Part shown: positions 7,248 through 15,836 of the stretch, piece by piece
Numbering within the stretch: position 1 is the first letter of the stretch
Layout: every line of letters starts with the position of its first letter
Origin: an uncultured Dehalococcoidales bacterium
Lineage (GTDB): Bacteria > Chloroflexota > Dehalococcoidia > Dehalococcoidales > JAUVZE01
DNA length: 58,808 bases
Direction: 5' to 3'
Assembly: GCA_964572285.1 (NCBI GenBank)
Contig: CAZNEL010000001.1
Span: 1 to 58,808, forward strand
The notes under the pieces: model-generated
Database searches by the model: none
What the model was told of the DNA's origin: nothing
Seen by the model: the letters and a program-made list of their open reading frames with translations, nothing else
Made by a program: the position numbers and the translations under genes

Positions 7248-8248
7248 ATCCTGGGCAGTAGCTCGCCAACCGGCATATCGACAATACGCGACGAACCGAG
7301 ATGAGTTTTCATTACTACCTTGCCGGGATGTCCCTCTACTACTTCACCAATAATATTAGCCTCAGTCCCGTATTGGTTTTGCCTCATCTTAGTCAGGATT
7401 TTATCGGCATCAGCCGGGGCAACTATTGCCACCAGTTTACCCTCGTTAGCCATGTGCAGAGGATCAAAGCCGAGGAGTTCGCAGGCAGCTAGAACAGCTT
7501 CATTTGCTGGCAGGCTATCTTCTTCTATCTTAATGCCCACATTAGATTGCTGGGCAAACTCATTTAGTGTAGTAGCCAGCCCGCCCCGTGTTGGGTCACG
7601 CAAGCAGTGAATGTTAGTCGAGATTTCCAGCATTTCGGCTACCACTTTGTTTAGCGGTGCGCAGTCACTGCCTACGGGTACATTGAGTTCTATTCCCTCG
7701 CGCCGGCTTAGTACGGCGATACCATGCTCTCCCAGTTTACCATTGAGGATGATCTTGTCTCCCGGCTGAGCATTAGCCCCGGAGATATCTATTCCTGAAG
7801 GCACGAGGCCGATGCCGGATGTGTTGATGAATAACTTGTCAGCGCTGCCTTTATTTACTACCTTTGTGTCACCTGTAATAATCTGTACGTTAGCTTCGTT
7901 AGCTGTCTGGCAGATGGATGCTACTATCTTTTCCAGTTCGCTGGTGAGGAAGCCTTCCTCAATAATAAAAGATAAGCTCAGGTATAAAGGAGTGGCACCA
8001 CTCATCGCTAAATCATTTACTGTACCGCATACTGCCAGTTTACCGATATCACCGCCGGGGAAAAATATGGGACTAACCGTGTAGCTGTCTGTGGTGAAGG
8101 CCAGCCGCCCACAGATGTCGAACACTGCTGAATCATCCAGCTTATTCAGAATAGGATTACCCAGGGTGGAAAGTAAAGTCTTTTCTATTAAATCGTGACT
8201 CAGCTTACCACCACTGCCGTGGGCAAGCATAATCCTATTCTCCATCAT
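7241..8248 (-). CDS. hypE: Hydrogenase expression/formation protein HypE (start trimmed from the track ORF)
   Basis: MMENRIMLAHGSGGKLSHDL N-terminus and C-terminal PRIC motif. ATGATG at 8248-8243 overlaps the hypD stop (8235-8237). The 67-codon upstream extension in the track lies inside hypD. Confidence 0.9.
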   Translation of the reverse strand: MMENRIMLAHGSGGKLSHDLIEKTLLSTLGNPILNKLDDSAVFDICGRLAFTTDSYTVSPIFFPGGDIGKLAVCGTVNDLAMSGATPLYLSLSFIIEEGFLTSELEKIVASICQTANEANVQIITGDTKVVNKGSADKLFINTSGIGLVPSGIDISGANAQPGDKIILNGKLGEHGIAVLSRREGIELNVPVGSDCAPLNKVVAEMLEISTNIHCLRDPTRGGLATTLNEFAQQSNVGIKIEEDSLPANEAVLAACELLGFDPLHMANEGKLVAIVAPADADKILTKMRQNQYGTEANIIGEVVEGHPGKVVMKTHLGSSRIVDMPVGELLPRIC

Positions 8249-9329
8249 CAACTCCGTAGTGGTAGTAGGTAGCACAGCTGCCTTCAGATGATACCATGCA
8301 TGGGCCAACCGGGTGCTCCGGAGTACATACCGTACGGAAGAGTTTACACTCCGGGGGTTTGTTAACCCCTCGCAGGATATTGCCACAAATACAACCCTGG
8401 GGTTCTTGGGTGGGTCCGGGATCGATAGTGAAATTACTCTCGGCATCAAACTGCTGGTATTGCTGCTTTAACCTGAGCCCGCTTGATGGTACTGAGCCTA
8501 TGCCACGCCAGTTAGCCTGGCAAACCTCAAAAACAGTGTTCATAAGCTCCAGAGCCGGCTGGTTGCCTTCCGGTTTTACTCCTCGGCGATAGGCTATTTC
8601 TACCCGGGGTTGCCCGCTTTCAATCTGGTTTACCAGCATATCAATACAGAGCAAGATGTCCACTGGCTCAAAGCCGGATATTACGCTGGCAATACCATAG
8701 TTATCGGGGATGAACTGGTAGGGATAAGAGCCGATGATAGTGCTCACATGCCCGGGGCAAATAATGCCGTCAAGTTTAATTTCACCCATGTCCAGAATTG
8801 CTTTCATTATCGGAGGGCTAAGTTTGTGAAGAGGCAATACGTAGTAGTTATTTATTTTCTCTTGCTCGGCTTGCTGGATAGAGGCGGCGATAGTAGGTGC
8901 AGTAGTCTCAAAGCCGATGCCGATGAAGATGACCGATTTATCCGGGTTATCTCTGGCGATGGCGATAGCGTCTTGTGTTGAATAGACAATCCTGACATCA
9001 TCGCCCTCGGCTTTAGCCAGTTGTAAAGAGGAGTAACTGCCGGGTACCCTGATCATGTCGCCAAAGCTGGTGATGATCACGTTGGGCAGGTGTGCCAGGG
9101 CAATAGCTTTGTCCAGGTCGCTACTGGCGGTAACACATACCGGGCAACCGGGACCGGAGAGCATCTCTATTGTTTTGGGCAGAAGCTGGCGTATACCGTG
9201 TTTAAAAATAGCGGTGGTGTGTCCTCCGCAGAACTCCATCAATTTTATCGGTTTGGTGGATTGGTGGTGAATGCGGGCGACTAATCTTTGAGCTAGCTCG
9301 CGGTCACGGTATTCGTCAATAAATTTCAC
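8235..9329 (-). CDS. hypD: Hydrogenase formation protein HypD
   Basis: 364 aa with GPGCPVCV, GFETTAP and CPGH motifs. Confidence 0.93.
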   Translation of the reverse strand: MKFIDEYRDRELAQRLVARIHHQSTKPIKLMEFCGGHTTAIFKHGIRQLLPKTIEMLSGPGCPVCVTASSDLDKAIALAHLPNVIITSFGDMIRVPGSYSSLQLAKAEGDDVRIVYSTQDAIAIARDNPDKSVIFIGIGFETTAPTIAASIQQAEQEKINNYYVLPLHKLSPPIMKAILDMGEIKLDGIICPGHVSTIIGSYPYQFIPDNYGIASVISGFEPVDILLCIDMLVNQIESGQPRVEIAYRRGVKPEGNQPALELMNTVFEVCQANWRGIGSVPSSGLRLKQQYQQFDAESNFTIDPGPTQEPQGCICGNILRGVNKPPECKLFRTVCTPEHPVGPCMVSSEGSCATYYHYGVDDGE

Positions 9330-9534
9330 TTAGTTCTCTTAACAGCTTGAACGTTTCTTCAGCTTCCTCCTGGTCGATTATATTTATAGCGTAGCCGGTG
9401 TGTAACAGCACGTAATCGCCAACCTTGGCCTCGGGAGTAAGCTGAATACTGGCCTGACGAGTAACACCGCCTATTTCGACTACTGCCTGGTGTCCATCTA
9501 TTGACTTAACTTGAGCCGGAATGGCAAGACACAT
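9316..9534 (-). CDS. hypC: Hydrogenase assembly chaperone HypC
   Basis: 72 aa with the MCLAIPAQV N-terminus. Confidence 0.9.
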   Translation of the reverse strand: MCLAIPAQVKSIDGHQAVVEIGGVTRQASIQLTPEAKVGDYVLLHTGYAINIIDQEEAEETFKLLRELSEIY

Positions 9535-9641
9535 ATTTTAGCTCCTTAGATTTTTTATTTATTGACCCTATCCCTCTTTAACCTGTCTTATCCCTAATTG
9601 GTTTCATAAACTATCTAACATCTTTATCTTTTGAATATTTA

Positions 9642-9998
9642 CTATCCTAAGACTGCTTTCGTCATAAGCTGAATTAGAACACTCCTAAGTACATCAAATA
9701 CCATGCCGCCACCCTTTTCCTTCATGATAGTTTTAGCTTTCTCCCATCTACTTTCATCCCTAGAAGCTTCAATAAATTCATGTCCTGCCCAAGTGAGGCG
9801 TTTTGGTCTCCATTTCGGCCCGCCAAAAGTAGATAGATCATTAGCTTCGATAAGCCCTGCCTCGTTAAGTAGCATTACATGATACGAGATTTGGTCAGGG
9901 CTATAGCCTTCTAATTCCAAATCAAAACCACCCAATTCATAGGGAGTATCTTCGAGCTCAAGTAGTATTTTCCGAACAAGATCCATATCACGTTTCAT
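9642..9998 (-). CDS. DUF2513-like small protein (probable winged-helix), inserted between hypF and hypC
   Basis: 118 aa. MKRDMDLVRKILLELE...YSPDQISYHVMLLNEAGLIEA...RLTWAGHEFI matches my recollection of DUF2513. GGAGGA SD lies 4 nt upstream of the ATG, directly after the hypF stop. Confidence 0.55.
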   Translation of the reverse strand: MKRDMDLVRKILLELEDTPYELGGFDLELEGYSPDQISYHVMLLNEAGLIEANDLSTFGGPKWRPKRLTWAGHEFIEASRDESRWEKAKTIMKEKGGGMVFDVLRSVLIQLMTKAVLG

Positions 9999-10009
9999 AA
10001 ATCCTCCAC

Positions 10010-12319
10010 TTATAACGAAGCTGTGGCAAAATTAGCAATAACAGCCTGGCCTAGAGAAATGCCACCATCGTTACATGGCACCTGCTGCTGGGTAAATACG
10101 GTAAGTCCGCTATCTTTAAGTAGGCTAATCGCCTTTCTTAGTAAGAGACGGTTTTGGAAAACTCCGCCGCTTAATACCACTTGGGTGATGCCTGTTTTAC
10201 TGGAAATTGTTTGACATAACGTTTTTATCATATTTGCTATGGTGTTGTGAAACTTGGCTGCAATTGTAGCTTGAGTAATATTGTTTTGCAAATCAGACAG
10301 AATGGCGGAGAGCAAATCCGCTAGCTTTACCATGCTTATACTATCTTGTTCAATTATAGAGAAAGGGTAATATTTAGTTTCATTCGCTTCGTCGCTGGCA
10401 AACATCTCCAGTTCAATGGCAGCCTGGGCTTCATATTCTATCACGCCTCTGACATTTATTAAGGCTGACACCATATCAAAAAGACGACCACAGCTTGAGG
10501 TTGGAGGCGCATTAAGCTTCCGGTCTATTTGTTTTTTGATGATAGCTATCTCGGCTTTATCAATTTGCCTTAAGAAAGGCAGGGGTTGTTTTATAGCGTC
10601 TTCGTCGAGAAGCGTTAGTAGATAACTGATAGCGATACGATACGGCTTCTTTATGGCTGCTGCCCCACCGGGCAATGGTAGGTACTCAAGATGTGCCATA
10701 CGGGTGAATCCGTGGTAGTCGGCTACTAAAAATTCACTACCCCAGATATTACCGTCACTACCATAGCCGGTGCCGTCAAGAGCTACGCCGATAACCGGGG
10801 TTTCCACTCCATTATCTACCATGCCACTAACGATGTGGGCATGATGATGCTGTACCGGGACTAGTCTGATGTCCTTCGATTTAGCGGCTAATTCATTGGC
10901 ATACTTGGTCGATAGGTATTCCGGGTGCAGGTCGTGGGCGATAATATTGGGTTCGATACGAAATAAGCCTTTATAAAGGTTAATTGTATTTTCGAAGTGC
11001 TCAACAGTTTCCAGGTTTTCCATATCACCGATGTGCTGACTGGTAAAGGCATAGCCATCTCTGGTGAGGCAAAAGGTATTCTTTTCCTCAGCGCCACAGG
11101 CAAGTATCTGCTGGCTTTTGAACGGCAGGTGAACGGGGTATGGAGCGTAACTGCGTGCTCGCCGAACTAATTGTGTAACCCCTCTTTCCACCATAGTTAC
11201 ACTGTCGTCATAGCTGGCATAGATGTCGCGGTTGTGCATTAAGAAGTAATCCGTAATACCGCCGAGCCTTCTTATTGCCTCGCCATTATCCTTGGCGATA
11301 GGCTCTTCACTGAGATTCCCACTGGTCATTACTAAAGGTAGCCCTGTTTCTCTGAGTAGAATATGATGTAATGGGGTATAGGGTAACATTACCCCCAGAT
11401 ATTTCAGGTTGGGTGCTACAGCGGGAGAAACTGACGAACCGGTTTTCCATCTTAGAAGTACAATGGGGCTCTGCGGTGAAGTCAGCAGTTTTTTCTCTTC
11501 ATCTGAGACATAGCAGTGCTTTTTAGCTTCTTCAATAGAGGCTACCATGATAGCCAGTGGCTTGGATGGACGAACTTTTCTTTGACGTAAAAGGTTAACA
11601 GCTACCTGGTTGGTGGCGTCACAGGCCAGAAGAAAGCCACCCAAGCCTTTGATAGCAACAATCTTGCCTTCTCTTAAAAACTTACTGGTGGTGGCGATGG
11701 CATCATTACTACCTATTGGGTTGCCCTGGTTATCAACCAGTTCCAGTTTTGGGCCGCATTTGGGGCAGGCATTAGGTTGGGCGTGGAAGCGCCGGTTTAG
11801 TGGATTATCATATTCCGCCTGGCATTCCGGACACATTTGGAAAGGGTTCATGGTTGTGCGCGGACGGTCGTAGGGAATATCTTTAATGATAGTAAAGCGG
11901 GGGCCACAATTAGTGCAATTGGTGAAAGGATAACGGTAACGCCGGTCATCAGGATTCAGAATTTCCTTCAGGCAGTCCTGACAGGTAGCGATATCAGGGG
12001 AGATGAGCTGGTATTTGCCTTCTTCAGCGACGCTGTGCCGGATTTCAAATGTCTCATAGTTGGCTGGTGGGCAACGAGTAGTAGTGATGTGTTCAATACT
12101 GGCTCGGGGGGGAGTTTGTTCTTGTAAGGCAAGCACGAATTGTTCGACAGCTTCGGCTTGACCCTCTACCTCAATCTTGACATCCTCTGAGGTATTACAT
12201 ACCCAGCCCTTGAGGTTATATTTAGTTGCCAGTTGGTAGACAAAGGGGCGAAACCCTACCCCTTGCACAACACCTCGAACATTTATATGGACTGCGCTGA
12301 GAACCGATGTCTTTGCCAT
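10010..12319 (-). CDS. hypF: Carbamoyltransferase HypF
   Basis: 769 aa. Acylphosphatase-like N-terminus, paired CxxC zinc fingers (CQDC, CTNCGPR, CPEC, CPKCGP), then YrdC-like and Kae1-like regions. Confidence 0.94.
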   Translation of the reverse strand: MAKTSVLSAVHINVRGVVQGVGFRPFVYQLATKYNLKGWVCNTSEDVKIEVEGQAEAVEQFVLALQEQTPPRASIEHITTTRCPPANYETFEIRHSVAEEGKYQLISPDIATCQDCLKEILNPDDRRYRYPFTNCTNCGPRFTIIKDIPYDRPRTTMNPFQMCPECQAEYDNPLNRRFHAQPNACPKCGPKLELVDNQGNPIGSNDAIATTSKFLREGKIVAIKGLGGFLLACDATNQVAVNLLRQRKVRPSKPLAIMVASIEEAKKHCYVSDEEKKLLTSPQSPIVLLRWKTGSSVSPAVAPNLKYLGVMLPYTPLHHILLRETGLPLVMTSGNLSEEPIAKDNGEAIRRLGGITDYFLMHNRDIYASYDDSVTMVERGVTQLVRRARSYAPYPVHLPFKSQQILACGAEEKNTFCLTRDGYAFTSQHIGDMENLETVEHFENTINLYKGLFRIEPNIIAHDLHPEYLSTKYANELAAKSKDIRLVPVQHHHAHIVSGMVDNGVETPVIGVALDGTGYGSDGNIWGSEFLVADYHGFTRMAHLEYLPLPGGAAAIKKPYRIAISYLLTLLDEDAIKQPLPFLRQIDKAEIAIIKKQIDRKLNAPPTSSCGRLFDMVSALINVRGVIEYEAQAAIELEMFASDEANETKYYPFSIIEQDSISMVKLADLLSAILSDLQNNITQATIAAKFHNTIANMIKTLCQTISSKTGITQVVLSGGVFQNRLLLRKAISLLKDSGLTVFTQQQVPCNDGGISLGQAVIANFATASL

Positions 12320-12999
12320 TATTGCAAGCTGCTTCGGCTTTTCATCTCCTTAATCTGCTCCTGTAGCCAGGAGAGCCAACCTTCCAGTCCCTGGCCGGTC
12401 TTAGTAGAGACCGGGAATACCTTGACTTTGGGATTTAGTCCGCTAACTGCCGTGGTAAAGGAAGCAACGTCAAATTCCAGGAGCGGTAGCAGGTCAATCT
12501 TATTTATGAACACCACATCGGCTTCAGTAAACATTAAAGGGTATTTGTAGACCTTGTCATCACCCTCAGGTACGCTTAGCAGCATTACCCTTTTGTGTTC
12601 GCCGAGGGCAAACTCAGCCGGGCAGATAAGATTACCCACGTTCTCAATAAGTAGTAAATCAATATCTTTAAGAGGCAGGTTGTTTAGCGCCTTCTCAAGC
12701 ATATTGGCATCAAGGTGACAGCCACCAGCGGTATTTATTTGAATTGCTGTCACCCCTTGCTTATTTATCTTGTCGGCGTCTATCGTTGAGGCAACATCAC
12801 CCTCAATAACAGCTATCCTGATTTTCTCTTTTAAATGGCTTATGGTTTGCATGATGAGGCTGGTCTTACCGGCTCCCGGTGATGCCATCACATTTATGGC
12901 TAGAACACCGTGCTTGTCAAGCTGGCTTTGGTTCTTCTTTGCTATCTCTTCGTTAGCACTCAGAATGTCCTCGGAAATAGTTAGTACCTTTACTTCCAT
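12319..12999 (-). CDS. hypB: Hydrogenase nickel incorporation GTPase HypB
   Basis: 226 aa with P-loop SPGAGKTS, ENVGNLICP and NKIDLL. Confidence 0.92.
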   Translation of the reverse strand: MEVKVLTISEDILSANEEIAKKNQSQLDKHGVLAINVMASPGAGKTSLIMQTISHLKEKIRIAVIEGDVASTIDADKINKQGVTAIQINTAGGCHLDANMLEKALNNLPLKDIDLLLIENVGNLICPAEFALGEHKRVMLLSVPEGDDKVYKYPLMFTEADVVFINKIDLLPLLEFDVASFTTAVSGLNPKVKVFPVSTKTGQGLEGWLSWLQEQIKEMKSRSSLQ

Positions 13000-13341
13000 T
13001 TAATCCACCTCAATACTTTCTACAAAACATTCGCGCCCGGATATTATCTCTACTGTCTGCGCATGACAGTTGGGGCAAACCCAGATAGGGTTATCTGGCA
13101 AGAAGACGGTGGCACAGTTGCGGCAGCGTAACCGGGTTGGGGGGTGACGAAAAGAAAGACTAGCCTGAGCCGCGATAGTATCCTTGGTAAGGAAGCTAAA
13201 GTAAAACTCCACACAGTCATCCACTATACCTGACAGCTCGCCCAAAACCAGGTTAACTTTGGAAATCTTACTGGCGTTAACTGCGTTAGCCTTCTCCAGG
13301 GCAATAGACAAAATACTTTGGGTAATACTAAATTCGTGCAA
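13000..13341 (-). CDS. hypA: Hydrogenase nickel incorporation protein HypA
   Basis: 113 aa. MHEFS start (TTG codon) and CRNC...CPNC zinc site. Confidence 0.9.
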   Translation of the reverse strand: MHEFSITQSILSIALEKANAVNASKISKVNLVLGELSGIVDDCVEFYFSFLTKDTIAAQASLSFRHPPTRLRCRNCATVFLPDNPIWVCPNCHAQTVEIISGRECFVESIEVD

Positions 13342-13564
13342 TATATTTCAATAACGCCTTACTATAGAAAGTTACTGAACTTCACCCCGAAGTTAAATTA
13401 TAGTTTATTTAGGGGGTTGTCTTCAAGTTTTGAAGGCGTAACGTTATTAGTGATAGAATGAGGGGTAGTAAAAAGCCAGATAGGAGCTAACTATTATATA
13501 GGTACCTCAGGTTGGCACTATGACCGCTGGCAGACAAATTGAGTTTTAGGCAGGCAATCCCTTA

Positions 13565-14395
13565 ATGCTAGAAAGGCTAAGAATGAAATATAAACTTTTG
13601 GTATTGGATATAGATGGTACGTTTATAGGTAAGGATGGGAACATTTCCGTCGAGGATAGGGAGGCGCTGGCTAAGGTTCGCCAGTCGGGTATTCAGGTTT
13701 CTTTATCTACCGGGCGGGTGGTTCAAGCCTGCTTGAAGATTATTAAGCAACTATCCCTGGATGGCTATCATATGTTCTTTGATGGTGCCGTGGTAAGCAA
13801 GGCTAGTGATGGTAGTGAGATTTATGTTCAGCCAATTAAACAGGGGGTGGTAAAGCAGGCGGTTGAGTTTGTACACCGGTATGACATATATCTTGAGCTT
13901 TTTTCTTCCAACCATTATTTTGTTGAGCGGGAGTCGTGGGCTAGCGAAATCCGCAGCAGTTTTTTTGGCATTGAGGCGACTGTAGTGGATTTCACTGACC
14001 TGTGGAAACGGGAAAGAATTGTCAAGGCGCAGCTAATTGCCTCATCGCCTCAGGAAGCAACCAAGGCAAAGAAATTCTATACCCATTTTGATGGTAAGCT
14101 TCGCTTTTCCTGGGCAAAAACACCGGCTTACCCGGATATTGATTTTATTAATGTGATTGCTCCTGAAGTGTCAAAGGGAAGAGCATTGGAAGCGTTAGTC
14201 TCATATCTGGGGATAAAAATGGATGAAGTTATGGCGGTGGGAGACGGTAACAATGATATCCCGTTATTAAAATCCGCTGGCCTCGCAGTAGCTATGGGCG
14301 ATGCCCCCGACGAAGTTAAGGCAGTAGCCGACTATATTACCCTTGATGTTGACCATAACGGTCTAGCTGCAGCGATTGAGAAGTATTTGCTGTAA
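13565..14395 (+). CDS. Cof-type HAD-IIB family hydrolase
   Basis: LVLDIDGTF (DxD) and GDGNND motifs. The more likely start is ATG 13583 (MKYKLL), preceded by GAAAGG. Confidence 0.85.
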   Translation: MLERLRMKYKLLVLDIDGTFIGKDGNISVEDREALAKVRQSGIQVSLSTGRVVQACLKIIKQLSLDGYHMFFDGAVVSKASDGSEIYVQPIKQGVVKQAVEFVHRYDIYLELFSSNHYFVERESWASEIRSSFFGIEATVVDFTDLWKRERIVKAQLIASSPQEATKAKKFYTHFDGKLRFSWAKTPAYPDIDFINVIAPEVSKGRALEALVSYLGIKMDEVMAVGDGNNDIPLLKSAGLAVAMGDAPDEVKAVADYITLDVDHNGLAAAIEKYLL

Positions 14396-14419
14396 ACCCC
14401 AATTACAGAGGGATTCCCT

Positions 14420-15223
14420 TTACTCTCTATTGCCATTGAGACTTTCTTTAATAAAGGTAGTAATCCGTTCCCTGTTTGTGGGCAGATTGGAGAATTGTTT
14501 GCCACAAACGTCACTAAAGCGTGCTTGAATTCTACTTGTTATTTCTTCCTGATTTTCATAAATAGCCATCACGTTAAAGGGCTCGCCCTGTTGATCCCAC
14601 CAATAAATAATATTGGTAGCAGTCTGACACTTGCTATCGTTAGTTATACCGAAGACAAATAGGGGCTTAGTTCTGGTTTCAAGACGACAATCAATAGGAT
14701 ATATACGTCGTGGGTCAAGTTGAGGATGATGATATTCAAAGTTTCGCTTACTCTCAGGTACTTTTTCAGTTAGAAATCCTCTAAACTCCTCCATGAATAA
14801 TGACCGCACCCTTTCCCGTTCTAAATATTTAACGTCTGAAATTTTAACCAAGGCCTGAACAAATGAGAATAAGGCATCACCGAATCTCATCTCTGGAACG
14901 GTTAGTGTAAGTTCACCTTCACGGTTTGCGAGCCCAAACGCACTTATTGTATTATTAATAATCTCCTTGTAGTTCCCTTTATGGAGATCTATAGCCTCGT
15001 AGCTAAGATGCATGATTGTATGTCCCTCATCAGTAAGTTCCCATTCACCAGCTACATTTCTAAGATAAACCACATAATGGTCTCCATCATCAAAAGTAAA
15101 AGGATGGTCAACAATGTAACGCATCAAGCCTTCTGGTGAGAGACGAACCTCATCACAAACTTTCTTTTGGAAGTCTTCTTCTATATCTGCTACATTCATA
15201 TGACTACCCTCATTATAGAACAT
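14420..15223 (-). CDS. Hypothetical protein, possibly DUF1828/DUF1829-like two-domain protein
   Basis: 267-aa ORF. The better start is ATG 15199 (MNVADIEE...), with GAGGG 8 nt upstream. The N-terminal part FTFDDGDHYVVYLRNVAGEWELTDEGHT resembles DUF1828 as I recall it. Needs an HMM check. Confidence 0.45.
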   Translation of the reverse strand: MFYNEGSHMNVADIEEDFQKKVCDEVRLSPEGLMRYIVDHPFTFDDGDHYVVYLRNVAGEWELTDEGHTIMHLSYEAIDLHKGNYKEIINNTISAFGLANREGELTLTVPEMRFGDALFSFVQALVKISDVKYLERERVRSLFMEEFRGFLTEKVPESKRNFEYHHPQLDPRRIYPIDCRLETRTKPLFVFGITNDSKCQTATNIIYWWDQQGEPFNVMAIYENQEEITSRIQARFSDVCGKQFSNLPTNRERITTFIKESLNGNRE

Positions 15224-15238
15224 CCATTTATCGGCTTA

Positions 15239-15727
15239 TTATAGCATCTTTGACTGTATTCTTTCTGTCTCAGGCCTTATGAAGTTACACTCATCCAATA
15301 ATAACTCCCAAGCACCATCTATAGTGGTATACTTTTCAGTTAATTCTGCATAGGCATCTATATCCCAACCAGCCTCCTGATAGCGCTGTGTAGCATAGTG
15401 AATATGGAAGTTACGGAAGGAATTCCTCTCTATTTTATTTGTGTGCTTATGTACACCATTATATCTGCGCAGACGAAATAATCTCAGCCGTTTCGTAGGT
15501 ATATAACCAAGTATCGCACTGAAATCTAATGGGTTAATACGATTTTTTCTGATAATAATCCTAAATGTACCTTTATCTTGTACATCTATTTCAAGCTCCC
15601 CTTCCTCATGTTTGTCAGAGTAAGTACGGGCTCGCGTCCGCAAACGATTTCTGTAATCTACTGGTAGATATTTGACGACTGCTATAAGTTCATCTATATC
15701 TCTATCTGACAGTTGTGCAACTGGCAT
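15239..15727 (-). CDS. Hypothetical 162-aa protein with His-rich motif RRYNGVHKHTNKIERNSFRNFHIHYATQRYQ
   Basis: The ORF has its own promoter and lies 15 nt upstream of the next ORF. I cannot name a family. Confidence 0.5.
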   Translation of the reverse strand: MPVAQLSDRDIDELIAVVKYLPVDYRNRLRTRARTYSDKHEEGELEIDVQDKGTFRIIIRKNRINPLDFSAILGYIPTKRLRLFRLRRYNGVHKHTNKIERNSFRNFHIHYATQRYQEAGWDIDAYAELTEKYTTIDGAWELLLDECNFIRPETERIQSKML

Positions 15728-15794
15728 TTTTGTATCCTATCTATCTAAAACGACTGTTCATATTAATTAATGCTATCACAACTCAGTAATGAAT

Positions 15795-15823
15795 ACTTTA
15801 GTTAGTTATTCTCTCTTTGTCAA
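15795..15823 (-). promoter_or_regulatory. Sigma70-like promoter TTGACA-N17-TAAAGT for the 15727-14420 cassette
   Basis: On the minus strand the -35 is at 15818-15823 and the -10 at 15795-15800. Confidence 0.55.
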
Positions 15824-15836
15824 GAGCCTGTCTCGC

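Noticed and set aside
8249-8449. 67-codon N-terminal extension of the hypE ORF in the track.
   Set aside because: The extension lies wholly within hypD in another frame. The canonical HypE N-terminus (MMENRIMLAHGSGG) starts at 8248, overlapping the hypD stop.
13342-13564. 223-bp hypA/HAD divergent intergenic region, examined for a NikR/Fur-type operator or a riboswitch.
   Set aside because: Only short 5-6-bp stems (ACTTC-GGGGT-GAAGT, CTTCAA-GTT-TTGAAG) and a TATAAT-like box. Nothing rises above chance by eye.
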